In this document: positions 1 through 10,255 of the stretch, piece after piece
How the letters are laid out: each line of letters starts with the position of its first letter
How positions within the stretch are numbered: the first letter of the stretch is position 1
NCBI GenBank assembly: GCA_030668875.1
Contig: DAOVER010000004.1
Location: 1-32,000 of the forward strand
Direction of reading: 5' to 3'
DNA from: Candidatus Heimdallarchaeota archaeon
GTDB taxonomy: Archaea; Asgardarchaeota; Heimdallarchaeia; Heimdallarchaeales; Heimdallarchaeaceae
Length of the DNA: 32,000 bases
Position numbers and translations under genes: made by a program
The notes under the pieces: generated by a model
Told to the model about the DNA's origin: nothing
The model's database searches: none
Seen by the model: the letters and a program-made list of their open reading frames with translations, nothing else

Positions 1-385
1 AGTTTGAACTGCTTCTCTACAGGGTCTAAGTTGCTGGACAAGATTCTTTAAACTTTGTATGAAGTTTATTGGATTAGTTGACTTCATAATAATTTTGTCG
101 GCACTCTGACCCTAAAACTTTGCGTTAATTCGGAAGTACTATTTATACAGGGCATTTTAAGAATTATCATGAATGTATAGATGCTTTGATAACTGAAACA
201 TCTCCTGATTACTCGTTTGTCATCACGGAAGAACCATTCATACTTCAATCAGATCTTTACGAAGAAGCTTTTCTCAAACAATTTAAACTAGATTTAGCAA
301 CATGGGCAGCGTAAGAATTTAAATATTCTTTTTCGTATGTATAGTTTGGGAAAAACTGAGGTAAAAAAGTAGAAGGAGAGAAAAA

Positions 386-1051
386 ATGGATAATTCCAAA
401 AAGAAAATCCTGATAGGAATAACTATCATTCAATTGCTTCTTTTTTCAAACATGATCCAAGCAAACGGTGATATACCTGTTATTGCTTCAAGAATATCTA
501 AGATTAGTGAGATAAAGGTGGTTGATGATCCTGGATATTTTGTACCCAATCATACCCACTTCAGTTTTGATGTTGAAGTAGAAATTCTAAACAGAGATGA
601 TGAAAATCAAACAGTTGTTGAGGTACCAGATTGTTATCCCAAAGTCCGAGTTTATGCTTCACTGGTTAATCAATCAATAGAACTGACCCCTATAAGGCAT
701 TGCTATTCTATGGTAACCTATTTTACCTATCTTCCAAGCATAACTACAGAATGTGAGGTGGTTAGGTTATATATTAATCAATCGGGATTATCTCACCTTC
801 CAGATGGTAACTATGCTCTAGACAGACCCATCAATACAGCTTCTAAATATGGAGCAGGCGAACTAGCAGAAGTATTACTCACATTTTTCCAAATGATCTC
901 TGGTATCATTAATATCACCTTTACTAACTTTACAGTGCTAACACTTCCAGAAGAAACATTTGCATTCTCAATCCAATTAACAACTATCTTCCTAATTTCA
1001 ATTGCTATTCTTGTTGTAAGGAGGAAAAGAATAGAAGTTTATTACAAATAA
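386..1051 (+). CDS. Secreted/surface protein with C-terminal TM anchor and basic tail (hypothetical)
   Basis: N-terminal signal peptide (KKK + hydrophobic), 6 N-X-S/T sequons, C-terminal hydrophobic helix followed by RRKR; motif-level similarity to 1291..1977. Confidence 0.8.
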   Translation: MDNSKKKILIGITIIQLLLFSNMIQANGDIPVIASRISKISEIKVVDDPGYFVPNHTHFSFDVEVEILNRDDENQTVVEVPDCYPKVRVYASLVNQSIELTPIRHCYSMVTYFTYLPSITTECEVVRLYINQSGLSHLPDGNYALDRPINTASKYGAGELAEVLLTFFQMISGIINITFTNFTVLTLPEETFAFSIQLTTIFLISIAILVVRRKRIEVYYK

Positions 1052-1290
1052 TTATTTGGATGATTTTCTCCTTTTTATCTTGTCATTTCATATTTTATTA
1101 TCTTAGAACATACTACAGCAAATATCTAAATTCTTCAAAAGAAAGTAGATTTATTTGTTACTTGAATTCTAATCTCAAAACCTATAATGATATACAAAGA
1201 AAAAAAGTTCTCAAAGATTGTAAGGAAAATTATTTTCAGATCATTTCTTTTGTGATTAGATTTAATAATGAACAATACTTAGTTTCCTAG

Positions 1291-1977
1291 ATGAGAAAAC
1301 TGTTCAAATATCTTCTATCTGTCTGTTATATCATCTTAGTTAGTTTTTGTTCTACTTTGTTTTGTTCTCATGCAGCTATTTCTGAATATACAATATATAC
1401 TCGTATGACAGATATAGTTGTTCCACCAGAATTGGTTTACAGAGAGAACTACGCTAATACAACTTTCTATGAGTTCGAATATAGTTTTGAGATTATCAAC
1501 CCCTCTGGTAAAACGTTGTATATACTCACCCTACACACTTGTCTTGTTTTTATATCTGGAAATCTCTCATTTGAAAATGAACATTATATAGGTCAAGTAT
1601 GGGGACCTAATTATCTTTTACCTGCTGGCACCAACCATACTATTAAACCTGGAATTACTGAAGGAATGTCGATATTTAATATGGAAGTAAACGATACTTT
1701 GAATGCTCTTCCTAATGGTAATTTCACCGTATGGATGTATCTTGGTGATTATGAGGAACAACATAATTACATTAATTTTACTTCAGAAATAGTCGTTCAT
1801 GGTTCAGTTATCCAAGTAACTCATAATGGTGCTAATGAAACCTTTACTTTTCCTGAAGAACCTACTCCAACACCAACCCAATCCTATTTCTTTTTGACAT
1901 CTCTAATGTTTGGGATATTGGTAATCACTCTTATTAGAAAACACAATGGTCTCTATTATTCCTCAAAACGACATTAG
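1291..1977 (+). CDS. Secreted/surface protein with Pro/Thr linker, C-terminal TM anchor (hypothetical; paralogue of 386..1051)
   Basis: Signal peptide, 7 sequons, PEEPTPTPT linker, hydrophobic helix then RKH; shares EI(L/I)N, Cys, P(S/G)IT, LP(D/N)GN(Y/F) with the upstream gene. Confidence 0.8.
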   Translation: MRKLFKYLLSVCYIILVSFCSTLFCSHAAISEYTIYTRMTDIVVPPELVYRENYANTTFYEFEYSFEIINPSGKTLYILTLHTCLVFISGNLSFENEHYIGQVWGPNYLLPAGTNHTIKPGITEGMSIFNMEVNDTLNALPNGNFTVWMYLGDYEEQHNYINFTSEIVVHGSVIQVTHNGANETFTFPEEPTPTPTQSYFFLTSLMFGILVITLIRKHNGLYYSSKRH

Positions 1978-2016
1978 TCTACAAAGAAAAAGGAAAACGG
2001 TGTAGGATGAACAGAA

Positions 2017-3807
2017 TCACTTGACTAGTTTCTCCAACTCATCAACAAATTTCTCAAATTGTTTAATCCCAAGTTTCCAGAAATCTTTTTCACGTATATT
2101 AACCCCCATCATTTTCCCCAGTTCCTCAGGAGATTTGCTTCCACCGGCGCTTAACATTTCCATGAACTTATTAACGAAGCCTTCTTCTTTTCCAGACTTA
2201 TATATCTGGTAAAGCGCGTATGTGAATAGATACCCAAATGCGTAAGGATAATTATAGTATCGATAATTAGCAAAATAATAGTGAGGTTGAGAGATCCATT
2301 CCCAATCCGATTCTTCTAACCATTCAATTGTATCTCCGTAAATGATATCTCTTGATTTTTTCCACAGAGATTTTATCTTATTTGCATCCAATATTTGTCC
2401 TTTTTCTATAGTTTCATACATCGATTTTTCAAACCAATATCTGGTGTTTATATCATAAATTGATAAACCTGAATTATCCAATTCCATTCCTAAAATCATC
2501 AGTTTTTTTTCTTGTGATTCTTCAATATTTAATAGATAATCTGTTAATAATAACTCCCCAAAGGTTGCGGCTGTTTCTGCCATCACTGAAGGTACTCTAG
2601 CATTGAAATAAGTTTGCTTCTGTGAAGATAAGTAGAAATGGGTAGCATGACCAAGCTCGTGAGCCAAGCTATAAGCATTCGAAAATAAACCTTTAAAAAA
2701 CTGATGAATAAAAGCGGATTTTCCTTTATACCAAATAGTACAGAAACCACCTACTAGTTTTCCTTCTCTTGGTAATGCGTCAATGTGGTTCTTATCAAGC
2801 ATATCGTCAACAGCAAAACAATAACTAGCGTCGAATCTCCTATAAGCTTCGCGAACCATCCTTGTAGTTTTGCTCCAGCTTAAATCAGGGGATACATCTG
2901 TGATTTGAGCATCAAGATCTTGACACCCTAACTTTGGTATCTTGAGAATTCTTGCTTTTAACTGCAAATATCTATGAAAAATACCAATATTCTCCTTAAT
3001 TACTTCCTCCATATTTAGTATAATTTCCTCATCGACTTCATTTGAGATTAAACTGCTGTGCAGTGCAGTTTTATATTGTCTTTTTTTCGAAATCTGAACC
3101 CAGTCAGAGCAAATATTACTCAATATGGAAGGAAAAATAAGTTCATCTTGTCCTTGAAGTTTATAGATTGCCTTATACGCTGCTGTTCTCATTGATCTAT
3201 CTGGGAGCTGTAACAGTCTAGATACGTAAGAGAAGTCAACAGTCTTTATTTCACCCTTTATCTCGATTTCGAATTTTCTTAGACTGAAGAGTTTAGATCG
3301 TAATGCTTCCCATTCGTTTACACCAAATCTATCCTTTTCAATTATTAAAGATTCTTCATCCCCGGAAAGCAAATGAGGTGTTCTTCTTTTTATTAATGAT
3401 AAAAAACACCTGTAATTCTTCAAAGATGTGTTATTAAGTAAAGACGGTTTATCTTGTAGTAGTTTTCCAAGTTCTATTTGAAAAAAAGAAAGTTTCTTTC
3501 TAACAAGGGCACTGAGATTCTTTACTTTGTTATCTAGTTGCTTATTTTCTTCTTTTGTCATGTCTGCTGCGAAAGAAAGAGATGAAAATACAACTATTTC
3601 ATTTAGCTCAGAATAAATATCTTCAAGATGTTTAAGCAATTTTATAACATCTTTATCGGTAAACTGGTTTTCTTTTATTTTTCCTTTATATAATCGAATA
3701 ATCTCATCTGACTCTGTTTCAATGTAATCGATTCTTTCTTTAATCGAAGGATGATTCGCACTTGGAAAGAGTTTAGACAAGTCAGAGTCCATATTTTCAT
3801 CAGGCAT
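2017..3807 (-). CDS. pepF: Oligoendopeptidase F (peptidase M3B)
   Basis: 596 aa; AHELGH zinc motif, downstream MAETAATFGE third ligand, HIDALPREGK..GGFC and PHYY..YYNYPYAFG motifs typical of M3B. Confidence 0.92.
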   Translation of the reverse strand: MPDENMDSDLSKLFPSANHPSIKERIDYIETESDEIIRLYKGKIKENQFTDKDVIKLLKHLEDIYSELNEIVVFSSLSFAADMTKEENKQLDNKVKNLSALVRKKLSFFQIELGKLLQDKPSLLNNTSLKNYRCFLSLIKRRTPHLLSGDEESLIIEKDRFGVNEWEALRSKLFSLRKFEIEIKGEIKTVDFSYVSRLLQLPDRSMRTAAYKAIYKLQGQDELIFPSILSNICSDWVQISKKRQYKTALHSSLISNEVDEEIILNMEEVIKENIGIFHRYLQLKARILKIPKLGCQDLDAQITDVSPDLSWSKTTRMVREAYRRFDASYCFAVDDMLDKNHIDALPREGKLVGGFCTIWYKGKSAFIHQFFKGLFSNAYSLAHELGHATHFYLSSQKQTYFNARVPSVMAETAATFGELLLTDYLLNIEESQEKKLMILGMELDNSGLSIYDINTRYWFEKSMYETIEKGQILDANKIKSLWKKSRDIIYGDTIEWLEESDWEWISQPHYYFANYRYYNYPYAFGYLFTYALYQIYKSGKEEGFVNKFMEMLSAGGSKSPEELGKMMGVNIREKDFWKLGIKQFEKFVDELEKLVK

Positions 3808-3990
3808 TTAATCTATTAACAAAAGAAAAGGAAAAATATAAAGATAATGGAAAAAAAGAACTCACGCTCTTATTTTTGATGTATTGCTATTATTTGCGAG
3901 AAACAATCCTCCCTGAAACATATTCGAAAATTAAAATAATCTGATTTATAAAAAATAATAGAAGAAAAAGTAAGGAAAAAATACCTAATA

Positions 3991-4527
3991 TTACACATTT
4001 TTTCTCTTTTTCAGATAGAACCAGAGACCTACTCCTGCACCTGCTAAAATAACAGCAGATCCAACTGCTATTCCAATTATCAGACCTATGTTAATAGTTC
4101 CAAGGAAAGTAACTATTACATCAAGCTGAGCATAGGTGGAAGGATTAGTGTGGAGAATAGCTAAATAATAAGAACCAGCTGGACCAAGTTTAACTGTGTA
4201 TCTCTTAGTAACAAGATTGTTGGTCTGTCCTTCCATTTCCACAGCAAGGTAGAAATTTTCTTCAGGGATATCGTAACCAGAGACTAGCCTGTTATAATCA
4301 ACAGAAGAGAGAACGAAGGGGATAGCTTCATCTCCATTAAGAGTAATCTCAACAGAGATTCGAGAATTATCTTCATTAAAGGTATGTGCCCAAGCCCATC
4401 GATCTTCATAACTGAGAGTAAAGGAAGTCGTGAGAAGAACCTCCGAGGCAAAAATAGACGAGATGGGAACGAAGAGAAACAGAGAAAGAGTAAAAAGTGT
4501 AAATAATTTAATTTTCTTATTGTTCAT
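3991..4527 (-). CDS. Single-pass surface protein (hypothetical)
   Basis: 178 aa; signal peptide, beta-rich middle, C-terminal TM helix followed by KKRK. Confidence 0.75.
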   Translation of the reverse strand: MNNKKIKLFTLFTLSLFLFVPISSIFASEVLLTTSFTLSYEDRWAWAHTFNEDNSRISVEITLNGDEAIPFVLSSVDYNRLVSGYDIPEENFYLAVEMEGQTNNLVTKRYTVKLGPAGSYYLAILHTNPSTYAQLDVIVTFLGTINIGLIIGIAVGSAVILAGAGVGLWFYLKKRKNV

Positions 4528-4985
4528 TTTTGTATCAATCCTTTTTTGTTTAAAGATTTAAGAATTTTGCCCAGTTAGGTAGAATTCACATGTTACTTGA
4601 TAATAATCAATTTGATATTTAAAAGAGAGATAAATTGTTGTTACTTGAAATAAGGTGAGAGGAAGCCAATGTAACTCTTGCTAGAATCTCTTTTAGCGTA
4701 GTTTTGCAACCCCCACTCATATTGATCCATTATCTTGTCGATATAAGTATGGTACTTCAGTTATGAAATTAGTGCGATTCTTTTCCCTGAAAAAACAGCT
4801 AAAAGGGAACCACCGAAAAGAGTTTTTAAAGGTGAACCCACCTTCATCTAATCTTTCTTTTCTTCCTTTTTCACTTTATTTCAAGCTAAATTATTACTAG
4901 AGATATGAAATTGTTTCAGCTTACAATAAACAACCAGTTCTAATCCCGCATCATTTTTATAAGTCTAAATTAGAATTTTAATTAT

Positions 4986-6809
4986 ATGAAAAAAAAACAT
5001 CTGGAACTTGAAAAATTGATTAAATTGCCTATCTTTAGTATTCATCCGTTCTTTAACAAGCATAGCAACCTATGGTTTTTCAGTGACCTGGATGGTCCGA
5101 GTAAAGCATATGAAATAAACCTTGAAGATTTCTCCTATAGTTTATTTAATGAAAAATTAAAATTGGGCCTACTAACTAGTTATATTTGGTTAAAAGAAAA
5201 TAACAAGCTTCTAATAAATAGAGATGCAGAGGGAGATGAGCAATACAATATTCATCTGTATGATTTTGTAACTAAACAAGAAACTAAACTGACAGATACC
5301 CCAAGGGCTAAAGAGTTCTTCGTAGATATCAGTCCTAATAAAACACATCTTCTAGTAAGCTCTAATCGCAATAAAGTTAATAATTTATTTAAATTGGACA
5401 TAGATTCTAAAGAATTAACACAATTAACCTTCCATGATTTACCAATTTCTGGAGGTGGTGATTGGTCACAAGACGACATTATTTATTATAATGCAATAGC
5501 AACAGAAAATAAAAGAAATGTAGATATTTGGATGGTTCATGCTGATGGTTCAAATAACAAGGAACTCTTACAACTATCTGACGATTCTCTGGATTATGTA
5601 TTTGATATATCGAATGATGGAGAATTATTGCTCATATCTACAGATGCTAAAGGTGTTCTTCAAGCCGTAATCTATAATACTAAAACTAAGGAGATAAAAT
5701 GGTTTGGTGGTAGCGAATTTCAAGAACAAGCTGTTCAGATCAGCAAGGATAAGAAATTCTTGCTAGTTCTAAGAAATGAAGCTGTTAGATCCTATCCAGT
5801 CATCTATAATATTGAAACAAAAGAAGAAATCGTTCCTGATTTACCAGGTGTAATATATCGAGCACATTTTGCAGGAGAGGATAAGTATCTGTTTTACTCT
5901 CGCTCTGATCCTCAAACACCATCTGTCTTAGCTCTATATGATTTAGCGAAAAAGAAAGAAATTCCCATAATAAATCCCGCTGCTGAATATTCAAAAGATG
6001 ATTTTTACGAACCTGAATTTATCACGTATAAAACCTTTGATGATCGAGAAATAGGTGCTGTTATCTATAAGCCAGATATTGAGGAAGGAAAAAAATATCC
6101 TGCCATAGTTCTTGCACCAGGTGGACCAGGAGGAAGACTGTTCTGGGATTTCTTTGCATTTGCACAAATGGCTGCTAGTGAAGGATTTGTCCTTATATCT
6201 CCACATATTAGAGGGTCATATGGATATGGGAAAGAGTTTAGGGATTTAATCTACTTTGACATTGGTGGTGGAGATGCAAAAGATTACATTTATTCAAAAA
6301 AATACCTTGCAACACTTGATTTTGTTGATAAGAGCAATATAGGGATTTATGGTGGATCCTATGGCGGATATATGACCTATCTTCAATTAACCAAATATGC
6401 TTATGCTAATTGGGATGCTGGCGTTGCATATGTAGGAATAACAAGTTGGAAAACTATGTATGATGTTGGAATGTCTAATTACAAAAATTTCGTTGAAAGT
6501 CTTTTTGGGACATACGAAGAGAACAAGGTATTATGGGAAGATAGAAGCCCCTTAAATTTCGTTGAACTGATTAAAGCACCTATATTAATGATTCAAGCAG
6601 TCAATGACCCACGATGCCCAATTAGCGAGTCAAGGCAGTTTAGAGATAAAATGCTACAATTGAACAAAAAAGAAGGAGTAGATTTTAAGCATGTTGAAAT
6701 AGGTGGAGAAGGTCATATACTCTCGGGTCAAGAAGCACGATTAAGACATGACAAGTTAGTACTTGAATTCTTTACTAAGTTTTTAAAAAAATCTAATATA
6801 ACTAGTTAA
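4986..6809 (+). CDS. S9 family peptidase (acylaminoacyl/prolyl oligopeptidase) with N-terminal beta-propeller
   Basis: GGSYGG nucleophile elbow, NDPRC (Asp) and GEGH (His), GSYGYGKEF motif, TolB/PD40-like repeats in the N-terminal half. Confidence 0.92.
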   Translation: MKKKHLELEKLIKLPIFSIHPFFNKHSNLWFFSDLDGPSKAYEINLEDFSYSLFNEKLKLGLLTSYIWLKENNKLLINRDAEGDEQYNIHLYDFVTKQETKLTDTPRAKEFFVDISPNKTHLLVSSNRNKVNNLFKLDIDSKELTQLTFHDLPISGGGDWSQDDIIYYNAIATENKRNVDIWMVHADGSNNKELLQLSDDSLDYVFDISNDGELLLISTDAKGVLQAVIYNTKTKEIKWFGGSEFQEQAVQISKDKKFLLVLRNEAVRSYPVIYNIETKEEIVPDLPGVIYRAHFAGEDKYLFYSRSDPQTPSVLALYDLAKKKEIPIINPAAEYSKDDFYEPEFITYKTFDDREIGAVIYKPDIEEGKKYPAIVLAPGGPGGRLFWDFFAFAQMAASEGFVLISPHIRGSYGYGKEFRDLIYFDIGGGDAKDYIYSKKYLATLDFVDKSNIGIYGGSYGGYMTYLQLTKYAYANWDAGVAYVGITSWKTMYDVGMSNYKNFVESLFGTYEENKVLWEDRSPLNFVELIKAPILMIQAVNDPRCPISESRQFRDKMLQLNKKEGVDFKHVEIGGEGHILSGQEARLRHDKLVLEFFTKFLKKSNITS

Positions 6810-6890
6810 GAACTAAGTTGATAGTCTTCTCATTATAGATACTAACCCTGTTTCAAAAATTGTTCTAATTTGTTTTTTTTCCTCTCATAA

Positions 6891-6974
6891 ATTCTTTCAA
6901 GGAACTGTAAAACAGTTAGTAAGGACGATTCAATAATCTGTGAAAAGTGTGGATGTAAACTTGAAAAAGGTTAG
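6891..6974 (+). pseudogene. Possible remnant of a zinc-ribbon-coding 3' end
   Basis: Translates ILSRNCKTVSKDDSIICEKCGCKLEKG*, matching CxxC-x10-CxxCGxxL with the first Cys lost; no start codon in frame. Confidence 0.3.
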
Positions 6975-7060
6975 TCTTGCTTGATTGGGAGAATTAGGTT
7001 CCCTATTTCTTATTTAATAGAAAAGAAATGGTTTTGCTTAGATCTGTCTTCTTAAAATTC

Positions 7061-7080
7061 AATATCACATAATATCACAT
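7061..7080. repeat. Perfect 10-bp tandem duplication AATATCACAT x2
   Basis: Seen directly in intergenic sequence upstream of tRNA-Asn. Confidence 0.7.
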
Positions 7081-7202
7081 CAAAATGAGCTCAGTTTTCA
7101 TCCTTTTGTTGGTGATTCTTTTGCTGATCCTAAATCCTTCAACCGCGGGCAGATTTATTTATTATTTGGATTCTATTTCTAAAACCTATAATAGTATACA
7201 AA

Positions 7203-7220
7203 GAAAAAAAGGTTTAAAAA
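7203..7220 (+). promoter_or_regulatory. Archaeal BRE-TATA promoter of tRNA-Asn
   Basis: Purine run GAAAAAAAGG followed by TTTAAAAA (7213-7220), 33 nt before the tRNA. Confidence 0.6.
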
Positions 7221-7252
7221 CACAAGAAAAATAAAAAGCGCGAAAGAAAGTT

Positions 7253-7329
7253 GCCACCATAGCTCAGTCCGGTGGAGCAATTGACTGTTAATCAATCGGT
7301 CGTAGGTTCGAATCCTACTGGTGGCGCCA
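7253..7329 (+). tRNA. trnN: tRNA-Asn (GTT), CCA encoded
   Basis: Acceptor GCCACCA/TGGTGGC, anticodon arm ATTGA-CTGTTAA-TCAAT, T arm GTAGG-TTCGAAT-CCTAC, discriminator G, CCA. Confidence 0.97.
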
Positions 7330-7497
7330 TTCCCTTTCAACTCTCTTATAATCAATTAGTTTATCTTCTGTCATTTGTTGTAAACGTTTTTATTTCTTTG
7401 TTTTATTTTAAATTTGACAATGCAAAAAGAAAAGAGAGTTAATGTTCTTTGTATTTGGCAGCCAAATGAAGAACTAAAATAGTATCTTACTCTAGGT

Positions 7498-8448
7498 TTG
7501 AAAGACTATCCCCAGGTTAATTTGATCTTCCCCCCTGATACAGAAGAAGAGACTTTTTTGAAATTCGCTCCAGATGCAGACATAATAATGGGTTGGAGAC
7601 CAACAAAAGAACTCCTACAAGCGGCAAAGAAGGCTAAACTATTTATCAATCCTGGTGCAGGTGTGCAACATCTAATATCTCTGTTCCAAGAAGTTACTAA
7701 AGAACAATCTATAATTTTAGTTAATGGTCATGGCAATTCTGATAATACTGCTCAACATGCTGTTGCTCTTCTACTAGCTTTAACAAACAAAATTGTTTTA
7801 CATCATAATTGGATGAAAGAAGGACATTGGAGAAAAGGAGATAATGAAGCAGTTTCAGTACCTTTGCAAGGAAGAAAAATAGGTTTTCTAGGTTATGGGG
7901 CAGTTAATAGGAAGGTACATAGATTATTATCAGGTTTTAATGTAGAATTTTCAGTTCTAAGAAGGGATTGGAAGAAACAAACATCTTCTCTCCCAACGCT
8001 TGTTAAACAATACAAACCTGAAGAGTTTCCTTTGTTTCTGAAAGCAATTGATACACTGATTGTAACTGTTCCGCTCACAGCAAAAACAAAAGGAATGATA
8101 GGAAAGCAAGAGCTTGAGCTGTTAGGTTGCGACGGATTAATTGTAAATATGTCAAGGGGAGAAGTGATTAATGAAGAAGAATTTTATCATGTGTTAAAAG
8201 AAAAGGAAATTTTAGGTGCAGCTATTGATGTCTGGTACGACTATAGACCGGAACCTAATGAAAAAGGTGAAAAACATCCTTCCACCTATCCTTTTCATGA
8301 GTTAGATAATGTTATTCTCTCCCCCCATAGAGCTGCATCACCATTCAGTGTTTTAACACGTTGGGATGAACAAATAGAAAACATAAGTAGATTTGTTAGA
8401 GGAGAAAGAGAGTTTCTAAATACAGTAAACCTAGAAGCAGGATATTAA
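7498..8448 (+). CDS. D-isomer-specific 2-hydroxyacid dehydrogenase (NAD-binding); probable true start ATG 7420, interrupted by TAG at 7480
   Basis: GFLGYGAVN Rossmann motif, NMSRG (Arg), AAIDVW, ILSPHRA (His); in-frame upstream ATG and family-like N-terminus MQKEKRVNVLCIWQP. Confidence 0.88.
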   Translation: MKDYPQVNLIFPPDTEEETFLKFAPDADIIMGWRPTKELLQAAKKAKLFINPGAGVQHLISLFQEVTKEQSIILVNGHGNSDNTAQHAVALLLALTNKIVLHHNWMKEGHWRKGDNEAVSVPLQGRKIGFLGYGAVNRKVHRLLSGFNVEFSVLRRDWKKQTSSLPTLVKQYKPEEFPLFLKAIDTLIVTVPLTAKTKGMIGKQELELLGCDGLIVNMSRGEVINEEEFYHVLKEKEILGAAIDVWYDYRPEPNEKGEKHPSTYPFHELDNVILSPHRAASPFSVLTRWDEQIENISRFVRGEREFLNTVNLEAGY

Positions 8449-8465
8449 TATAGCTTAAAAAGAAA

Positions 8466-9638
8466 TCATATAATATCTATTTTTTTGATTTTACGGATGA
8501 ATCTTGCATGTGTAAACGCTTTCCAATTTCCAAAGAACAAAGTTATCACATACACTATTTTTCTCAATACTTGGTTTTGAATTCCTAGCATTTGGATGTC
8601 ATTTTTCTCAAAAAACTGATCAAACATTTCTAGCGTTTCTTCTGAGTAAACTCTCGGACGAACTATAAAATGGTTAAGGAAAAAGGAGCCATTCAACAAA
8701 GATGTAAACGCAGTTTCAATACCAATTAGTACAAAATAATATTGTGATATTTGACCCTTAGCATATGGTATATAATTACTTTTTGGAGAATCCGACAATG
8801 TTGCTCCGACCATTGCTAAGAAAGTAACTATAATTATGACAAAAAAAACTATCATAAGTCCAAAAATTATCATAATACTTAGTATTCTAACAATATTAGT
8901 GATTTTATCCTTATAATTCAGTTTTCTCATTTCTTTAAAGAATGCTACCCATGGAAGATTCAAATTAAATTCTTCGAACAAGCTGTGAGGTAGTATCATA
9001 TTTCTTGTTTGCTGAATAATCAAAGATTCTGGGATTTCACCCTTTGTCAGAATATAGGAATATCTTGGGATCATGACCTTCAGTTTTGACTTCAAATTAT
9101 CCATTCTTGCTAAATACTTCTCTTCCTCATCTTTGTTTAATGAATTCAGTGCAAAATTGCTCATTCCTTTTCTACTTACAATCATGTAAGCGAAGAAACC
9201 TAAAGCACAGAACGTAATGATATAAGTTATGATTTGTTGTAAATCAATCCCTTTATAACTTGTAAATATGGGCATAGGTGCGTCTACATTGAAGATTATA
9301 CTTATGAGAATAATTACAGCCAATAGCTCAAATATGTAGTGAACTCTAAAACCAAATCCAACGTTGAAATTTCGAACATCGATAATTTTTTTATCATATG
9401 GGTATTTTGGTTGATGTTTAGTGAACGGGGAAATGACAATAAAATGAAAAACAATGGGATTAAGTATAAGTAAGGAAAGCAGCAGAACAAAAGCAAGATA
9501 ATAATCAGGAATAGAAAAGGCCAAATCTAGTATCATTATTATCCCTCCTATTAAGACAATTTTCCAAATCATGTAAAATAGTGAATAATAAAGCCCTTGA
9601 CGATTTGAATCTAGATAGAATCTCTTATACTCATGCAT
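8466..9638 (-). CDS. Multi-pass membrane protein (hypothetical)
   Basis: 390 aa ORF with about 6-7 long hydrophobic segments; no family recognised. Confidence 0.75.
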   Translation of the reverse strand: MHEYKRFYLDSNRQGLYYSLFYMIWKIVLIGGIIMILDLAFSIPDYYLAFVLLLSLLILNPIVFHFIVISPFTKHQPKYPYDKKIIDVRNFNVGFGFRVHYIFELLAVIILISIIFNVDAPMPIFTSYKGIDLQQIITYIITFCALGFFAYMIVSRKGMSNFALNSLNKDEEEKYLARMDNLKSKLKVMIPRYSYILTKGEIPESLIIQQTRNMILPHSLFEEFNLNLPWVAFFKEMRKLNYKDKITNIVRILSIMIIFGLMIVFFVIIIVTFLAMVGATLSDSPKSNYIPYAKGQISQYYFVLIGIETAFTSLLNGSFFLNHFIVRPRVYSEETLEMFDQFFEKNDIQMLGIQNQVLRKIVYVITLFFGNWKAFTHARFIRKIKKIDII

Positions 9639-9670
9639 AACTATTAGACAAATGTTTGGAAATTTAAGTA

Positions 9671-10255
9671 TTACCCACTTCTGTTAGTGCTATTTTTCAA
9701 CTTCTTGTTCAAAATTAGGATGAAAGGCCATCCAAAGGTGTAAATAAATAATTCAAATAACAACGAACCATTCTCTGGTGGTTTTCCTTTGAATCTACTT
9801 CTAAATGCTTCAACAGTGTTACCCAACAAATTACCCACGGTAACCATCTTGATAAACAAAATAATGTCATTTGCCTTTTGATTACTATATTGTTCAACAA
9901 GTTTATTCCATGCTTCATCAGTTGGATTTCCATTTGTTTCTGCATAGTGTTGTGCGAAAGAAAGAGCTATAATTTCTTCTGGATCACATGAACCAAAATC
10001 ATTTTCCATAATTTCGATAATTTCTTCTTCTGTACACCCAGAACTTAATGCAGTTTTAGTATGTGTCCATTCGCAATACATACAACCATAGACAGCAGTA
10101 ACAGCAAGCATAATCCTCTCTCTGAATTGTTCACTTATTCTACTGGATTTCATTACTTCTCGAATTTGAGAGGAGTTTTTCATTACTTTAAATCCATCAT
10201 GGAAGAAACTTCTGAAGCCATAGGTTCGTTTCTTGAAATATTGATTTGCTAGCAT
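9671..10255 (-). CDS. AhpD/carboxymuconolactone decarboxylase family protein
   Basis: RERIMLAVTAVYGCMYCEWTH (CxxC..H) core, ALSFAQHYAET, GNLLGNT, C-terminal hydrophobic helix. Confidence 0.85.
   Translation of the reverse strand: MLANQYFKKRTYGFRSFFHDGFKVMKNSSQIREVMKSSRISEQFRERIMLAVTAVYGCMYCEWTHTKTALSSGCTEEEIIEIMENDFGSCDPEEIIALSFAQHYAETNGNPTDEAWNKLVEQYSNQKANDIILFIKMVTVGNLLGNTVEAFRSRFKGKPPENGSLLFELFIYTFGWPFILILNKKLKNSTNRSG

Noticed and set aside
1-312. Protein-like 3' fragment ending ...KQFKLDLATWAA* (129-312)
   Set aside because: Blocked by TAA at 126 with no start codon and no recognisable family; may be a decayed gene but cannot be supported from this window
1060-1290. 76-aa ORF between the two surface genes
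   Set aside because: Very AT-rich, low-complexity translation typical of intergenic sequence; no motif
4560-4985. Intergenic region with a 6-bp hairpin (AAGGTG-AACC-CACCTT) and short minus-strand ORFs
   Set aside because: The hairpin is too short and the ORFs are under 45 aa without homology cues; no ncRNA fold recognised
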